26,655 nt of DNA, taken from contig NIVC01005086.1 of the NCBI GenBank assembly GCA_002269645.1, positions 1-26,655 of the forward strand. Reading direction: 5' to 3'. How positions within the stretch are numbered: position 1 is the first letter of the stretch; each line of letters begins with the position of its first letter. The translations under genes were made by a program, and so were the position numbers. The DNA is from Macrostomum lignano (lineage: Eukaryota). Below are positions 1 to 10,056 of this stretch, in pieces. The notes beneath the pieces were generated by a model, which saw nothing but the letters and a program-made list of their open reading frames with translations, made no database searches and was not told the DNA's origin.

Positions 1-1012
1 ATGACGCTTCTATGATTGTTGGCATGACGCTTCTATGAATTTTATGACGCTTCTATGATTGTTTTACATGACGCTACTATGATTTTTACATGACGCTTCT
101 ATGATTTTTTCACATGACGCTTCTATGATTTTTTACATTACACTTCCATGATTTTTATATAACGCTTTTACGATTTTTACATGGCGATTCTATGATTTTT
201 ACATGACGCTTCTATGATTTTTTACATGACGCTTCTATGATTTTTACATGACACTTCTATGATTTTTTCATGACGCTTCTATGATTTTTACATTACCTTC
301 TATGATTTTTTCATGTCACTTCGATGATTTTTTATGACGCTTCTATGATTTTTTATGACGCTATTTGACTTTTACATGACGCTTCTATGATTGTTTACAT
401 GACGCTTCTATGATTTTTTAAATGACGCTACTATGATTGTTTGCATGACGCTTCTATGATTTTTACATGACGCTACTATGATTGTTTGCATGACGCTTCT
501 ATGATTTTTACATGACGCTTCTATGATTTTTTCATGACGCTTCTATGATTTTTGCATGACGCTTCTATGATTATTACATGACGCTTTTATTATTTTTTCA
601 TGACGCTTCCATGATTTTTTCATGACGCTTCTATGATTTTTTATGACGCTTTTTTGACTTTTACATGACGCTTCTATGATTGTTTGCATGACGCTTCTAT
701 GATTGTTTACATGACGCTTCTATGATTTTTTCATGACGCTTCTATGATTGTTTACATGACGCTTCTATGATTGTTTACATGACGCTTCTATCTTTTTTAC
801 ATGACGCTTCTATGATTTTTTCATGACGCTTCTATGATTTTTTACATGACGCTTCTATGATTGTTTACATGACGCTTCTATGATTGTATACATGACGCTT
901 CTATGATTGTATACATGACGCTTCTATGATTTTTTACATTACGCTTCTATGATTTTTATATAACGCTTTTACGATTTTTTACATGGCGCTTCTATGATTG
1001 TTTACGCTTCTA
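1..1012. repeat. Tandem satellite, ~21-23-bp unit ACATGACGCTTCTATGATT(G/T)TTT, continuing from left of the window
   Basis: Dozens of head-to-tail copies of ATGACGCTTCTATGATT separated only by T-runs or TGTTT; no unique spacers. Confidence 0.95.
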
Positions 1013-1028
1013 TGATGCAATTCATGAG

Positions 1029-2203
1029 ACTTGCACTGTTCGATCAGAAATTTTCCTGGACGGTACATGCATCTTGGCTAAGAAATTGCTCCATGTTAAA
1101 GCGATTAAATATTCGAAAAACATGCTTTTTTGCAAAGGTCAAGCAAACTTTTCGACTTGAAATGCATTGTAAGAATGCTAGAGAAAAAACTGACTGGTTG
1201 AATTCTGATTCTGAAATGGATTACATCATAACTGAATTGTAACTCCGAATTGAATTGCGTCACAGTATTGAAAATGCAGTGTGGAAGCGTAGCACCAGAC
1301 TTGATTTAGATTGCGCAACCATATTGTTAACTGATACTGACTGACTGAGAAATTGATTATGTAATAACTGCTTCGTGTGATTTACTCTATGCTTGGAGTT
1401 TTGAAACTTATAATGCTGAATTCATGTTATCAAAACGATTCTATGATTGTTTACATGACGCTTCTATGATTGTTTAATGACGCTTCTATGATTGTTTGCA
1501 TAATGACGCTTCTATGATTTTACATGACGCTTCTATGATTGTTTACATGACGCTTCTATGATTGTTTACATTACGCTTCTATGATTTTATATGACGCTTT
1601 ACGATTTTTTTACATGAGCTTCTATGATTGTTTACATGACACTTCTATGATTTTTTACATGACGCTTCTTTTTAAAAAGTCTTTTAGTTTTCCTGACGTT
1701 GAAAAGCTTTAATTAAAAAAATTATACTCTATGAAAATTCGAACCATCGTCGCTGCATTTGGCAGTTCAGTTTGTTCACCTCTAGGCTAGCTCTCATCGT
1801 TTTGATAACATCAAATTTTGCACTTATATAATTCAACACTTTAAAATCCAAGCATAGAGTAAATCACACGAAGCAGTTATGACATAATCAGTTTCTCAGT
1901 CAGTCAGTATCAGTTAACAATATGGTTACGCAATTTAAATCAAGTCTGGTGCTACGCTTCCACACTGCATTTTCAATTCAAGTCGGAGTTACAATTCAGT
2001 TATGATGCAATCTATTTCAGAATCAGAATTCAACCAGTCAGTTTTTTCTCTAGCATTCTTACAATGCATTTCAAGTCGAAAAGTTTGCTTGACCTTTGCA
2101 AAAAAGCATGTTTTTCGAATATTTAATCACTTTAACATGGAGCAATTTCTTAGCCAAGATGCATGTACCGTCCCAGGAAAATTTCTGATCGAACAGTGCA
2201 AGT
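1029..2203. repeat. Long inverted repeat: arms ~1029-1438 and ~1797-2203 (~410 bp each)
   Basis: 1141-1200 is the exact reverse complement of ~2031-2090. The arms match end to end (ACTTGCACTGTTCGATC...GTTATCAAAACGA) with scattered substitutions and a ~12-nt indel near 1255-1267. Confidence 0.9.
1436..1668. repeat. Second block of the same ~22-bp satellite, inside the inverted-repeat spacer
   Basis: Same ACATGACGCTTCTATGATT unit, about 10 copies. Confidence 0.93.
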
Positions 2204-2392
2204 TCGAAGAAAATCGGTCCAGCCATTTTTTCTCTAATCGATTGCGTACAAACAAACAACTCATTTTTAGTATAGTTCTGACTGATGATCTGATCTGATC
2301 TGACATTTCAGAATTAATTTATTCGAATAATACTACTCTTAAGAGTAGTTTCCTAGCACATGTATTTCGTAACGCGTCGCAAAATTTTACAG

Positions 2393-2769
2393 AGCGGCCC
2401 AGAAAAAGCGGCAAAGCGCGCGTCCTGGTCCTGTCAGTCAGCTGCTTCAACCGGCTTCAGCGGTGCAAACTCGGCCACGGACTGTTCGGCTGGAGCCGCG
2501 AGGACTCGCTGCAGAGCATCGGCGACAACCGGCTGTTCCAGTGCGCCTGCGGCACCAGACTGTTCTTCTGCCGGCGAAAGCACCCGCTGTACCACGTGAA
2601 CCGGCATACTGTGCGACAGGAGGCCCTGGGTGAGGCTGCCTGTCTGTCTTTCTGTCTGTCTGCCTGTCTGTCTGCCTGTCTGTCGGTTTGTCTGTCTGTT
2701 TTAGTGTCTATCTGTCTGTCAGCCTGTCTTTCTGCCTGTCTTTCTGCCTCTCTGTCTGCCTGTCTGCCT

Positions 2770-2803
<34 letters not shown>

Positions 2804-2807
2804 CTGC

Positions 2808-2839
<32 letters not shown>

Positions 2840-3212
2840 CCGTCTGCCTGTCTGTCTGCCTGTCTGTCTGCGTGTCTGCCTGTCTGTCTGCCTGTCTGTC
2901 TGCCTGCCTGCCTGTCTGTCTGCCTGTCTGCCTGTCTGCCTGTCTTCCTGCCTGCCTGTCTGCCTGTCTGTCTGTCTGTCTGCCTGTCTGTCTGCCTGTC
3001 TGTCTGCGTGTCTGCCTGTCTGTCTGCCTGTCTGTCTGCCTGCCTGCCTGTCTGTCTGCCTGTCTGCCTGTCTGCCTGTCTTCCTGCCTGCCTGTCTGCC
3101 TGTCTGTCTGTCTGTCTGCCTGTCTGTCTGCCTGTCTGCCTGTCTTTCTGTCTGTCTGTCCGTCTGCATGTCTGTCTGCGCGTCTGTCTGCGTGTCTGCC
3201 TGTCTGTCTGCC

Positions 3213-3257
<45 letters not shown>

Positions 3258-4688
3258 GCCTGTCTTCCCGCCTGCCTGTCTGTCTGTCTGCCTGTCTGTC
3301 TGTCTGCCAGCCTGTCTGTTTTTCAGCCTGTCTGTTTGTCTGTCTATCTGTCTGTCTGTCTGTTTTAGTGTCTATCTGTCTGTCAGCCTGTCTATCTGTC
3401 TGTCAGCCTGCTCATTCGATCACTGCCACCCGCAGCCCCCAAGCGCAGAGGCCAGCTGCAGCAACTGTCGCAGCGCACTGAGGCAGAGGTGTTCGCAAGT
3501 TTCGGGCTTCGCCGTCCGCCCCAGTCGCCGCAGCAGCCGCCGCTGTCAACAAAGACAACTTTGTCAAAGAAGCAGCAAAACAGGCAGAAGCAGCAGAGGC
3601 AGCAGAAAACTCTACGACAGAAGCAGAATCGCCAGAAGCAGAAGCTGCAGCTGCAGCAGCAGAAGCGACAATACAGAAAAACAGCGGCTAAAAAGTCGAA
3701 AAGTCTCGTCGCTGGGTCGTCAAAAACTCGGCCCCCATCGGCCCAGCAGTTAAAGAAGGAGAAGCTGCTGCTGCAACCGCCGCCTTCGCCGCCGCCGCCG
3801 GACCTGTCCCCGGCCATGACCAGTCGCACCTCTTTAGACTCGCCGCCTGCGGCCGATGGCGCCAAGCGCCGCCGGCGCTACCGTCCGAGACTGATGGCTA
3901 AGGATGGCGCCACCATCGACAGCGTGATTGCCAATGTTCTCGGTGAGCAGCAACGGGGCGACGCTTTAATTGCGAAAGAAGAAGACGAAACTCGCGAAGG
4001 GAAGAAGAGCGCAGCGTTCACCATGCACCTGGAGGCCATCAGTCCGCCTTCATCGCCGCCGCAGCCGCAGCTTCGGTCGCTGGCGCCGGCTCAGCCGTCG
4101 CTGCTGTCGCTGCGCCCATCGGAGCTGGAGTTGCAGCAGCATCGCCGGCTTCAGCTGCTTCAGCAACAGCAGCAGCAGAAGCAGCAACAATACTCAAGTG
4201 AAAATCTGTTCAGGCTACCGCAGAGGCATCAGGATGCTCAACAGCCATTCAGTTCAGAACTTTATAATCATCAGCAGCAGCAGGTGAATCCTAATCTGTT
4301 CCGGCTGCCTTATCCAGATCAGTTGCCCTCCCAGCAGCAGCAAAAGCAACAGCAACAAATGCAGAATCTGCAACAGCACTATCAACAGCAGCTCTTGCAA
4401 CAGTGGGCTCAATCGGCTCAATTTGACTGGTCGCAACTTTTAAATTCAGCAACATCCATGCCGGCGCTGCATCCCAGTCTAGGGAATCAGATTCCATTCA
4501 ACTTACAGCCACTCCAGCAGCAGCAGCAGCAGCAGCAACAACAACAACTGCAGCTAACGTCTCAACAGCCTCCCGCATTTGTGCCAATATTTATCACCAA
4601 TCCGATGGCTTCGAATAGCGGCGCTTCTTCAACTGCTGGCATGTTGAATTTGACTGGTTTGAACAATAGCCGCAGTGTTGGACATTAG
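2393..4688 (+). CDS. Probable 3' exons of a spliced gene, join(2393..2629,3436..4688): Cys/His Zn-finger-like segment plus long Gln/Pro-rich C-terminus
   Basis: Acceptor ttttacag (AG 2391-2392), donor G|GTGAGG (2630), acceptor cccgcag (3433-3435). Phases join in frame (G|CC=Ala): ...RCKLGHGLFGWSREDSLQSIGDNRLFQCACGTRLFFCRRKHPLYHVNRHTVRQEALAPKRRGQ..., continuing into the 3489-4688 ORF to TAG. GC-rich exon composition. No upstream exon identified. Confidence 0.55.
2634..3408. repeat. (CTGT/CTGC)n tetranucleotide microsatellite, ~775 bp
   Basis: Continuous CTGT/CTGC units; source of the spurious SVCL/QTDR ORFs. Confidence 0.97.
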
Positions 4689-4747
4689 TTCACTGCTTAA
4701 TAGTTTCTGCGAATGCAACTGTGTTATCTGGTTGTTAGACCTACAAT

Positions 4748-5176
4748 CCCATTTGTATTGGTGTCTCCCAGCGGGCTTTAAAGCCCGCCATCCCATTTAT
4801 ATCGGTGTCCCTCCGCGGGCTGCAACACCCACCACCCAATATATATCGGTGTCCCTCCGTGGGCTGCAACGCCCACCATCCATTTATAGGCCTATCGGTG
4901 TGTCCCTCCGCGGGCCGCAACACCCACCACCCAATATATATCGGTGTCCCTCTGCGGGCTGCAACACCCACCACCCCATTTATATCGATGTCCCTCCGCA
5001 GGCTGAAACACCCACCACCCCATTTATATCGGTGTCCCTCCGCGGGCTGAACACCCACCACCCCATTTACATCGGTGTCCCTCCGCGGGCTGCAACACCC
5101 ACCACCCCATTTATATCGGTGTCTCTCCGCAGGCAGAACACCCACCACCCGCCACCCCATTTATATCGGTGTCCCT
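4748..5176. repeat. ~44-bp minisatellite CCCATTTATATCGGTGTCCCTCCGCGGGCTGCAACACCCACCAC, ~9-10 copies
   Basis: Direct tandem units with point variants. Confidence 0.93.
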
Positions 5177-6288
5177 TAGTGGCTTCCTAAGCCCAGCACA
5201 CATAGTCAATCGATTTTCCGTGCCAGTTTGAAAGTCTTGAAGCCTTGGTAAAAAATACGAATGAATTTGCTACACGACAGGCAGGCAGAAGGCTACGCTC
5301 GTAGAATATTTTTCAAGCAAAATCTACACGGACCAGGTATATGTTTTTTCCGTTCTGCATACTTTCTGTTGTTCATTATTATTCCAGCCTCTGTTGTGGA
5401 CATGTTCCAACTCGAAGATGTAGTATTTTATTTGTGTTTGTTCAACATGTGTTCTACCATTTTTAGTGCGTCCATTGTCAAGATTTCGGATGTGTAATAA
5501 ACGAGTAAAAACAATTATCAAAAAGAAAATAACTTTTCTGTAATGAAAAGTAAAGCTAGTATAATGTTAGTAGCGTTTTTCGATTTGTGTTTTCGTAATT
5601 GTCGCAACCGAAATAAACAAAACAATGATCAGTGTCTTAAAAACTTATGTAGGTACTCATTAAACAATATACATGTAGATAAATAAACAGTTTACTTGCT
5701 GCACACATTAAAATTTGAAAGCATAAATAAATTCGGCATAAAAAGATTTGAAGAAAGATTCTAATGGAATATTTGAATGAGAAAAAAATTAGCATGTAAG
5801 CAGATGTCATGGTCAGGGAGTTAGCCATTTTATTACATTATCATTAGGAGCTGAAAAAGTTAAATTGGTTGTAAAAATTCAAAATGAAATCGAACCACAG
5901 TCCAAATAAAGCTAAACTGGGCATCCGGGCATGGCCAAAAGGACCTTCGAGAAACCTGGATTAGAAACGATCCAAGCATAATCCAGAGGTCCATATGAGC
6001 GAAGACGAACGACGTGATCCGTACGTGTATAAGTTCAAACACCGATAGAAAACTAACTACTTGAAGTAACAACGAATGAATCAGAGACAACAACGTTACA
6101 ATTTCGAACAAAATTATAAAACAACCTATTAATTCGACTATATAGATAACGCTTTTTTAAATATTGTTGCGAAAATTAACAAAGACATTTCGTATAACAG
6201 TGTAAATGAAATTTATTCAGAGTACTTGTGTATGGGTAAATCAGTAGTAGTCACATATACATGGTTTCAGTGCACTTTGGCAAAAAAC

Positions 6289-6760
6289 GGTTCACTGCTA
6301 TACCCTCGATGATTCTTCGGGGTGGGGTCACTGCTATACCCTCGATGATTCTTCGGGTCGGGGTCACTGCTATACCCTCGATGATTCTTCGGGTTGGGGT
6401 ACGTCACTGCTATACCCTCCATGATTCTTCAGGTTGGGATCACTGCTATACCCTCCAGGATTTTACTGGTTGGGGTCACTGCTATACCCTCCAGGATTTT
6501 TCTGGTTGGGGTCACTGCTATACCCTCCCTGATCCTTCAGGTTGGGTCACTGCTATACTCTCCCTGATTCTTCAGGTTGGGTCACTGCTATACTCTCCCT
6601 GATTCTTCAGGTTGGGGTCACTGCTATACCCTCCCTGATTCTTCAGGTTGGGTCACTGCTATACTCTCCCTGATTCTTCAGGTTGGGTCACTGCTATACT
6701 CTCCCTGATTCTTCAGGTTGGGTCACTGCTATACCCTCCATGATTCTTCAGGTTGGGGTC
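6289..6760. repeat. ~35-36-bp minisatellite GTCACTGCTATAC(C/T)CTCCCTGATTCTTCAGGTTGGG, ~13 copies
   Basis: Direct tandem units. Confidence 0.93.
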
Positions 6761-6861
6761 AACACGCTACCCTCCCCTGACAATGTCATGTCAACGTCAT
6801 ATCAATAATGTACAACAATTTTTAATACTTTTAAACAACGCGCGCTCATCTACTAACTATG

Positions 6862-8717
6862 CTACTGATTATAAGTAGCCTGTTCGTCCGACTTCAGTCG
6901 GGTTCGCTCGGTGGCATCGTCTGCGGAGCCCTGCGGCTGAGAAGTCACAGTCGACTCGGCGCCTGTAGCTTCGGGTTGCTGTTAAAATCAGACAGACATG
7001 TCATCCTTAGAGCTGGCTTATTATAACTTGACAAACCCAGTAAATTTTCAAACTTACATAATAAGCATAATCTCCTTCATCGTCCGTCTCTTTTGGCACG
7101 CATTTGCCGCAGCAGCAGCAGCAGCAGCAACAGAAACAGCAGCAGGTGAGTGCAAAGCACGCTACCAATAAAATCTGCAATGTTTTTAAAGAACATTAAC
7201 ATATGATTTAAACATTGGGCTGAAGTGGTGAGTCAATTAATTTAGCTAGAAGCTCATTTGCAATTTGAGAAATTCCCCTTGAACTCCCGGCCATGTGATC
7301 ATGAGAAATTCCCCTTGAACTTTTGGTCATCTGGGAAATTCCCTTTGAACTCTTAGCCATCTGATTATGAGAAATTCCCCTTGAACTCTTAGCCATCTGA
7401 TTATGAGAAATTCTCCTTGAACTCTTGGCCATCTGATCATGAGAAATTCCCCTTGAACTCTTGGCCATCTGATCATGAGAAATTCCCCTTCAACTCTTGG
7501 CCATCTGAGAAATCCCACTGGAACTCTTGGCCATCTGAGAAATTTCCACTTGAACTCTTCGTCATCTGAGAAATTCTCCTTGAACTCTTGGCCATCTGAT
7601 CATGAGAAATTCTCCTTGAACTCTTGGCCATCTGATCATGAGAAATTCTCCTTGAACTCTTGGCCATCTGATCATGAGAAATTCTCCTTGAACTCTTGGC
7701 CATCTGATCATGAGAAATTCTCCTTGAACTCTTCTTGGCTATATGAGAAATTCCCTGCATACTCTACTTTTAGCAATCAGAGAAATTCCCCTTGAACTTC
7801 TGGCCAGCATAAATTATATTTGAGAAATTCCCTATAAGTTCTTCGAACATCTAAAAATTCTGCTTGAGAACTTGACCATCTGGCAAAGAAAAAAAAATTT
7901 CAGAATTTTTTCTTACCTTGCAGCAGACATTGTCTAGCATAAAATATGTTGTGACATTGTCCTCGCCAATTTGTGATGCAATTTGCAAACCAACAGAGCC
8001 ATATTTATCATAGATGGCTTTCCTTTTCTCATCGCTAAGCACATGATTGGCTCTGTTGAGCTCTTTGATCTGCAAGGGTGGTGTGCAATACTGATATGTG
8101 CCATATTGTGTTTATAATTTATTATTATAAATTTAACTATAATGTCTTTTTCATACCTTGTCTGCAGCACTAGGATCTGGATTTTTGTCTGGGTGATATT
8201 GCAATGCCAACTAAAAAATATGAAAAATTTTCAACAAGTTATTAGGGATTAATGATAACATTGAATATCCATATAGGGGCCTAATATTTAGAGAATATAA
8301 ATAGCTACAAACCTTTCTGTAGGCCTTTTTAACCTGCTCTGGAGAGGCACCCTTTTCTAGTCCAAGAATTTGGTAGAGACTATCTCCACTTGTTCTGCAA
8401 TGTTTATATATGGTAATGAAGTTTTAATTGCTGTAAACAAAATGATAAAGTTTAAGTAACCAAAAGTGTAATTTTTATTATTAATAAACCATGCACCATC
8501 TTCAAAACTTCAGCAAAAAATATGAGTGACCAATAAAATATTATAAAACAGTAATAGTGCTAATGTCAATTATCAATTTAGTTTTAAATCTAGTAAATTA
8601 TTGTATCAAATCCATGATATTGCCGATCGGCGATTGCATGGATGGTTCTTGCACTTACGAAAATTTTCTTTCAGAGTTTGGCGGTTCAGAGCCCGAAGCA
8701 TTACTTGCACTGGCCAT
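6862..8717 (-). CDS. DNAJC5: DnaJ homolog subfamily C member 5 / cysteine string protein, 193 aa; complement(join(6862..6978,7058..7174,7917..8069,8157..8210,8313..8394,8659..8717))
   Basis: All five introns are GT-AG and the phases are consistent (582 nt). Translation: [108 protein letters not shown]..., with J-domain HPD, the cysteine string TCCCFCCCCCCCCGKC and a C-terminus ...TVTSQPQGSADDATERTRLKSDEQATYNQ*, all typical of CSP. Confidence 0.93.
7265..7833. repeat. 36-bp minisatellite GAGAAATTC(C/T)CCTTGAACTCTTGGCCATCTGATCAT, with ~29-30-bp truncated units, inside a Csp intron (7175-7916)
   Basis: Tandem units lying wholly within the GT-AG intron. Confidence 0.93.
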
Positions 8718-10056
8718 CTAAATATGTTAATGATTCGTTTGATGGGAGTGTAAAGATGGTAACAATAAAATATAAACAGTTCTAAAGCGTATTACGATTG
8801 ATTAATTTCTTAGCTATATTTCGAAGCTATATTTTAGTTTCGAAGCAAGAGGAGGTTAAAGGGAGAAATAAATAAATAGCTAAAGGGAAATACAACTCTC
8901 GCTATAGCTTGACACTGCTATAATCACTTTTACTTTTATCTTAAGCGCTCTCCTGGAACTCCTATTCCGTATTTTTAGCGAAGAGTCGAACTCGAACACA
9001 ATAAATGAATGAAATAAATAGCAAACTAAATTGGCAGAAACAATAGAGAAAACAAGTACAAAATGCAGTAGCTATTTGCACAAGATTATTAATGGAAGGA
9101 ATGCAAGTTTTATTTTCATTGATTTTGAGCATTATTCTTTAAGCAGCAACATAGAATCAATTCACTTTGGTACGCTTTGTTATTCCTACCACGACTTTTA
9201 ACGCGTAAATTTAACTTATCAACAAAAATACTTCCAATTTGGCCGGCCATTGCTCAAAAACTCTACTGTGCACAAGATGGTTAAAGATGCTTGCTTAAGA
9301 ATGCATCCAAACAGAGCCAAAGGTAAAAAACAATGAAAAATTAGCTATAGCTATTATATAGCTATAGCTAGCCTTGAATATAGCCTTGAAATCAGTGGCG
9401 CGTCCAAGGGGGGCCAGGGGGGCCTGGGCCCCCTGTTAGGCCATAGGCCCCCCTGTGCCCCCCCCCCCAATTTCAGTTCTGACTTCTGAACGTCAAATTT
9501 TTCAAAAAAAGTTGAAAAACCTTTTTTTTATAATTTTAATTTTAGAAACAATACTACTATACTAGAAGTTTTTACACAAGCAAAACTGTACATGGGTACA
9601 TTATTCTTTACTCTCTGATCTGATAGTATGGCAAATTTCGTTTCGTTTGTTTTTATAGTATCTGTCGGTGTTTTGGTTTTGTCTAACTTTAATTATAAAG
9701 TGCATCGCCTCTCAGACTTTATTGTTTTTATCTAACTGTTCAGTCTATATGGCTGTATCCTTCCTACCCCCCAACCCCCTCCCCCACGCGTATAGCCTAA
9801 CACTTGCACTGGGACAGGGAAAGGAGGGATAGGACAGACAGAAAGGGAAGGGAGAAGCGCGCTGATAAATGTACATTTGGACAGGGACAAAGAGTTAAAC
9901 CATCGTACATTCAGACAGTGTGTAAAAGACTACAGAGCATTGCCCCTCTGCCCCTTAAGATTTAAGTCACACTTTAGCTACTGCTCTCTTAAGTCTTAAG
10001 GTTCAAAAAAACGGAAATGTATTTTTAAGAATTGAATTAAAGAAGCCTGGCCAACA

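Noticed and set aside
1-1668. Regular short repeats resembling a CRISPR array
   Set aside because: Units are contiguous with no unique spacers, there are no cas genes and the context is eukaryotic: a satellite.
2596-3753. Long ORFs of SVCL/QTDR repeats on both strands
   Set aside because: Stop-free translation of the (CTGT)n microsatellite.
5261-6111. Short ORFs 5261-5497, 5324-5521, 5637-5828 and 5860-6111
   Set aside because: No recognisable motifs or consistent splice chain.
6289-6760. Minisatellite as part of the Csp 3'UTR
   Set aside because: An ATTAAA signal (6821-6826, minus strand) precedes it, so the transcript may end before the array; untestable without RNA data.
4675-7795. ORFs over the 44-, 35- and 36-bp minisatellites (4675, 4741, 4805, 6261, 7208, 7473, 7475)
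   Set aside because: Products of tandem units lacking stops; the 7.2-7.8-kb ones lie inside a Csp intron.
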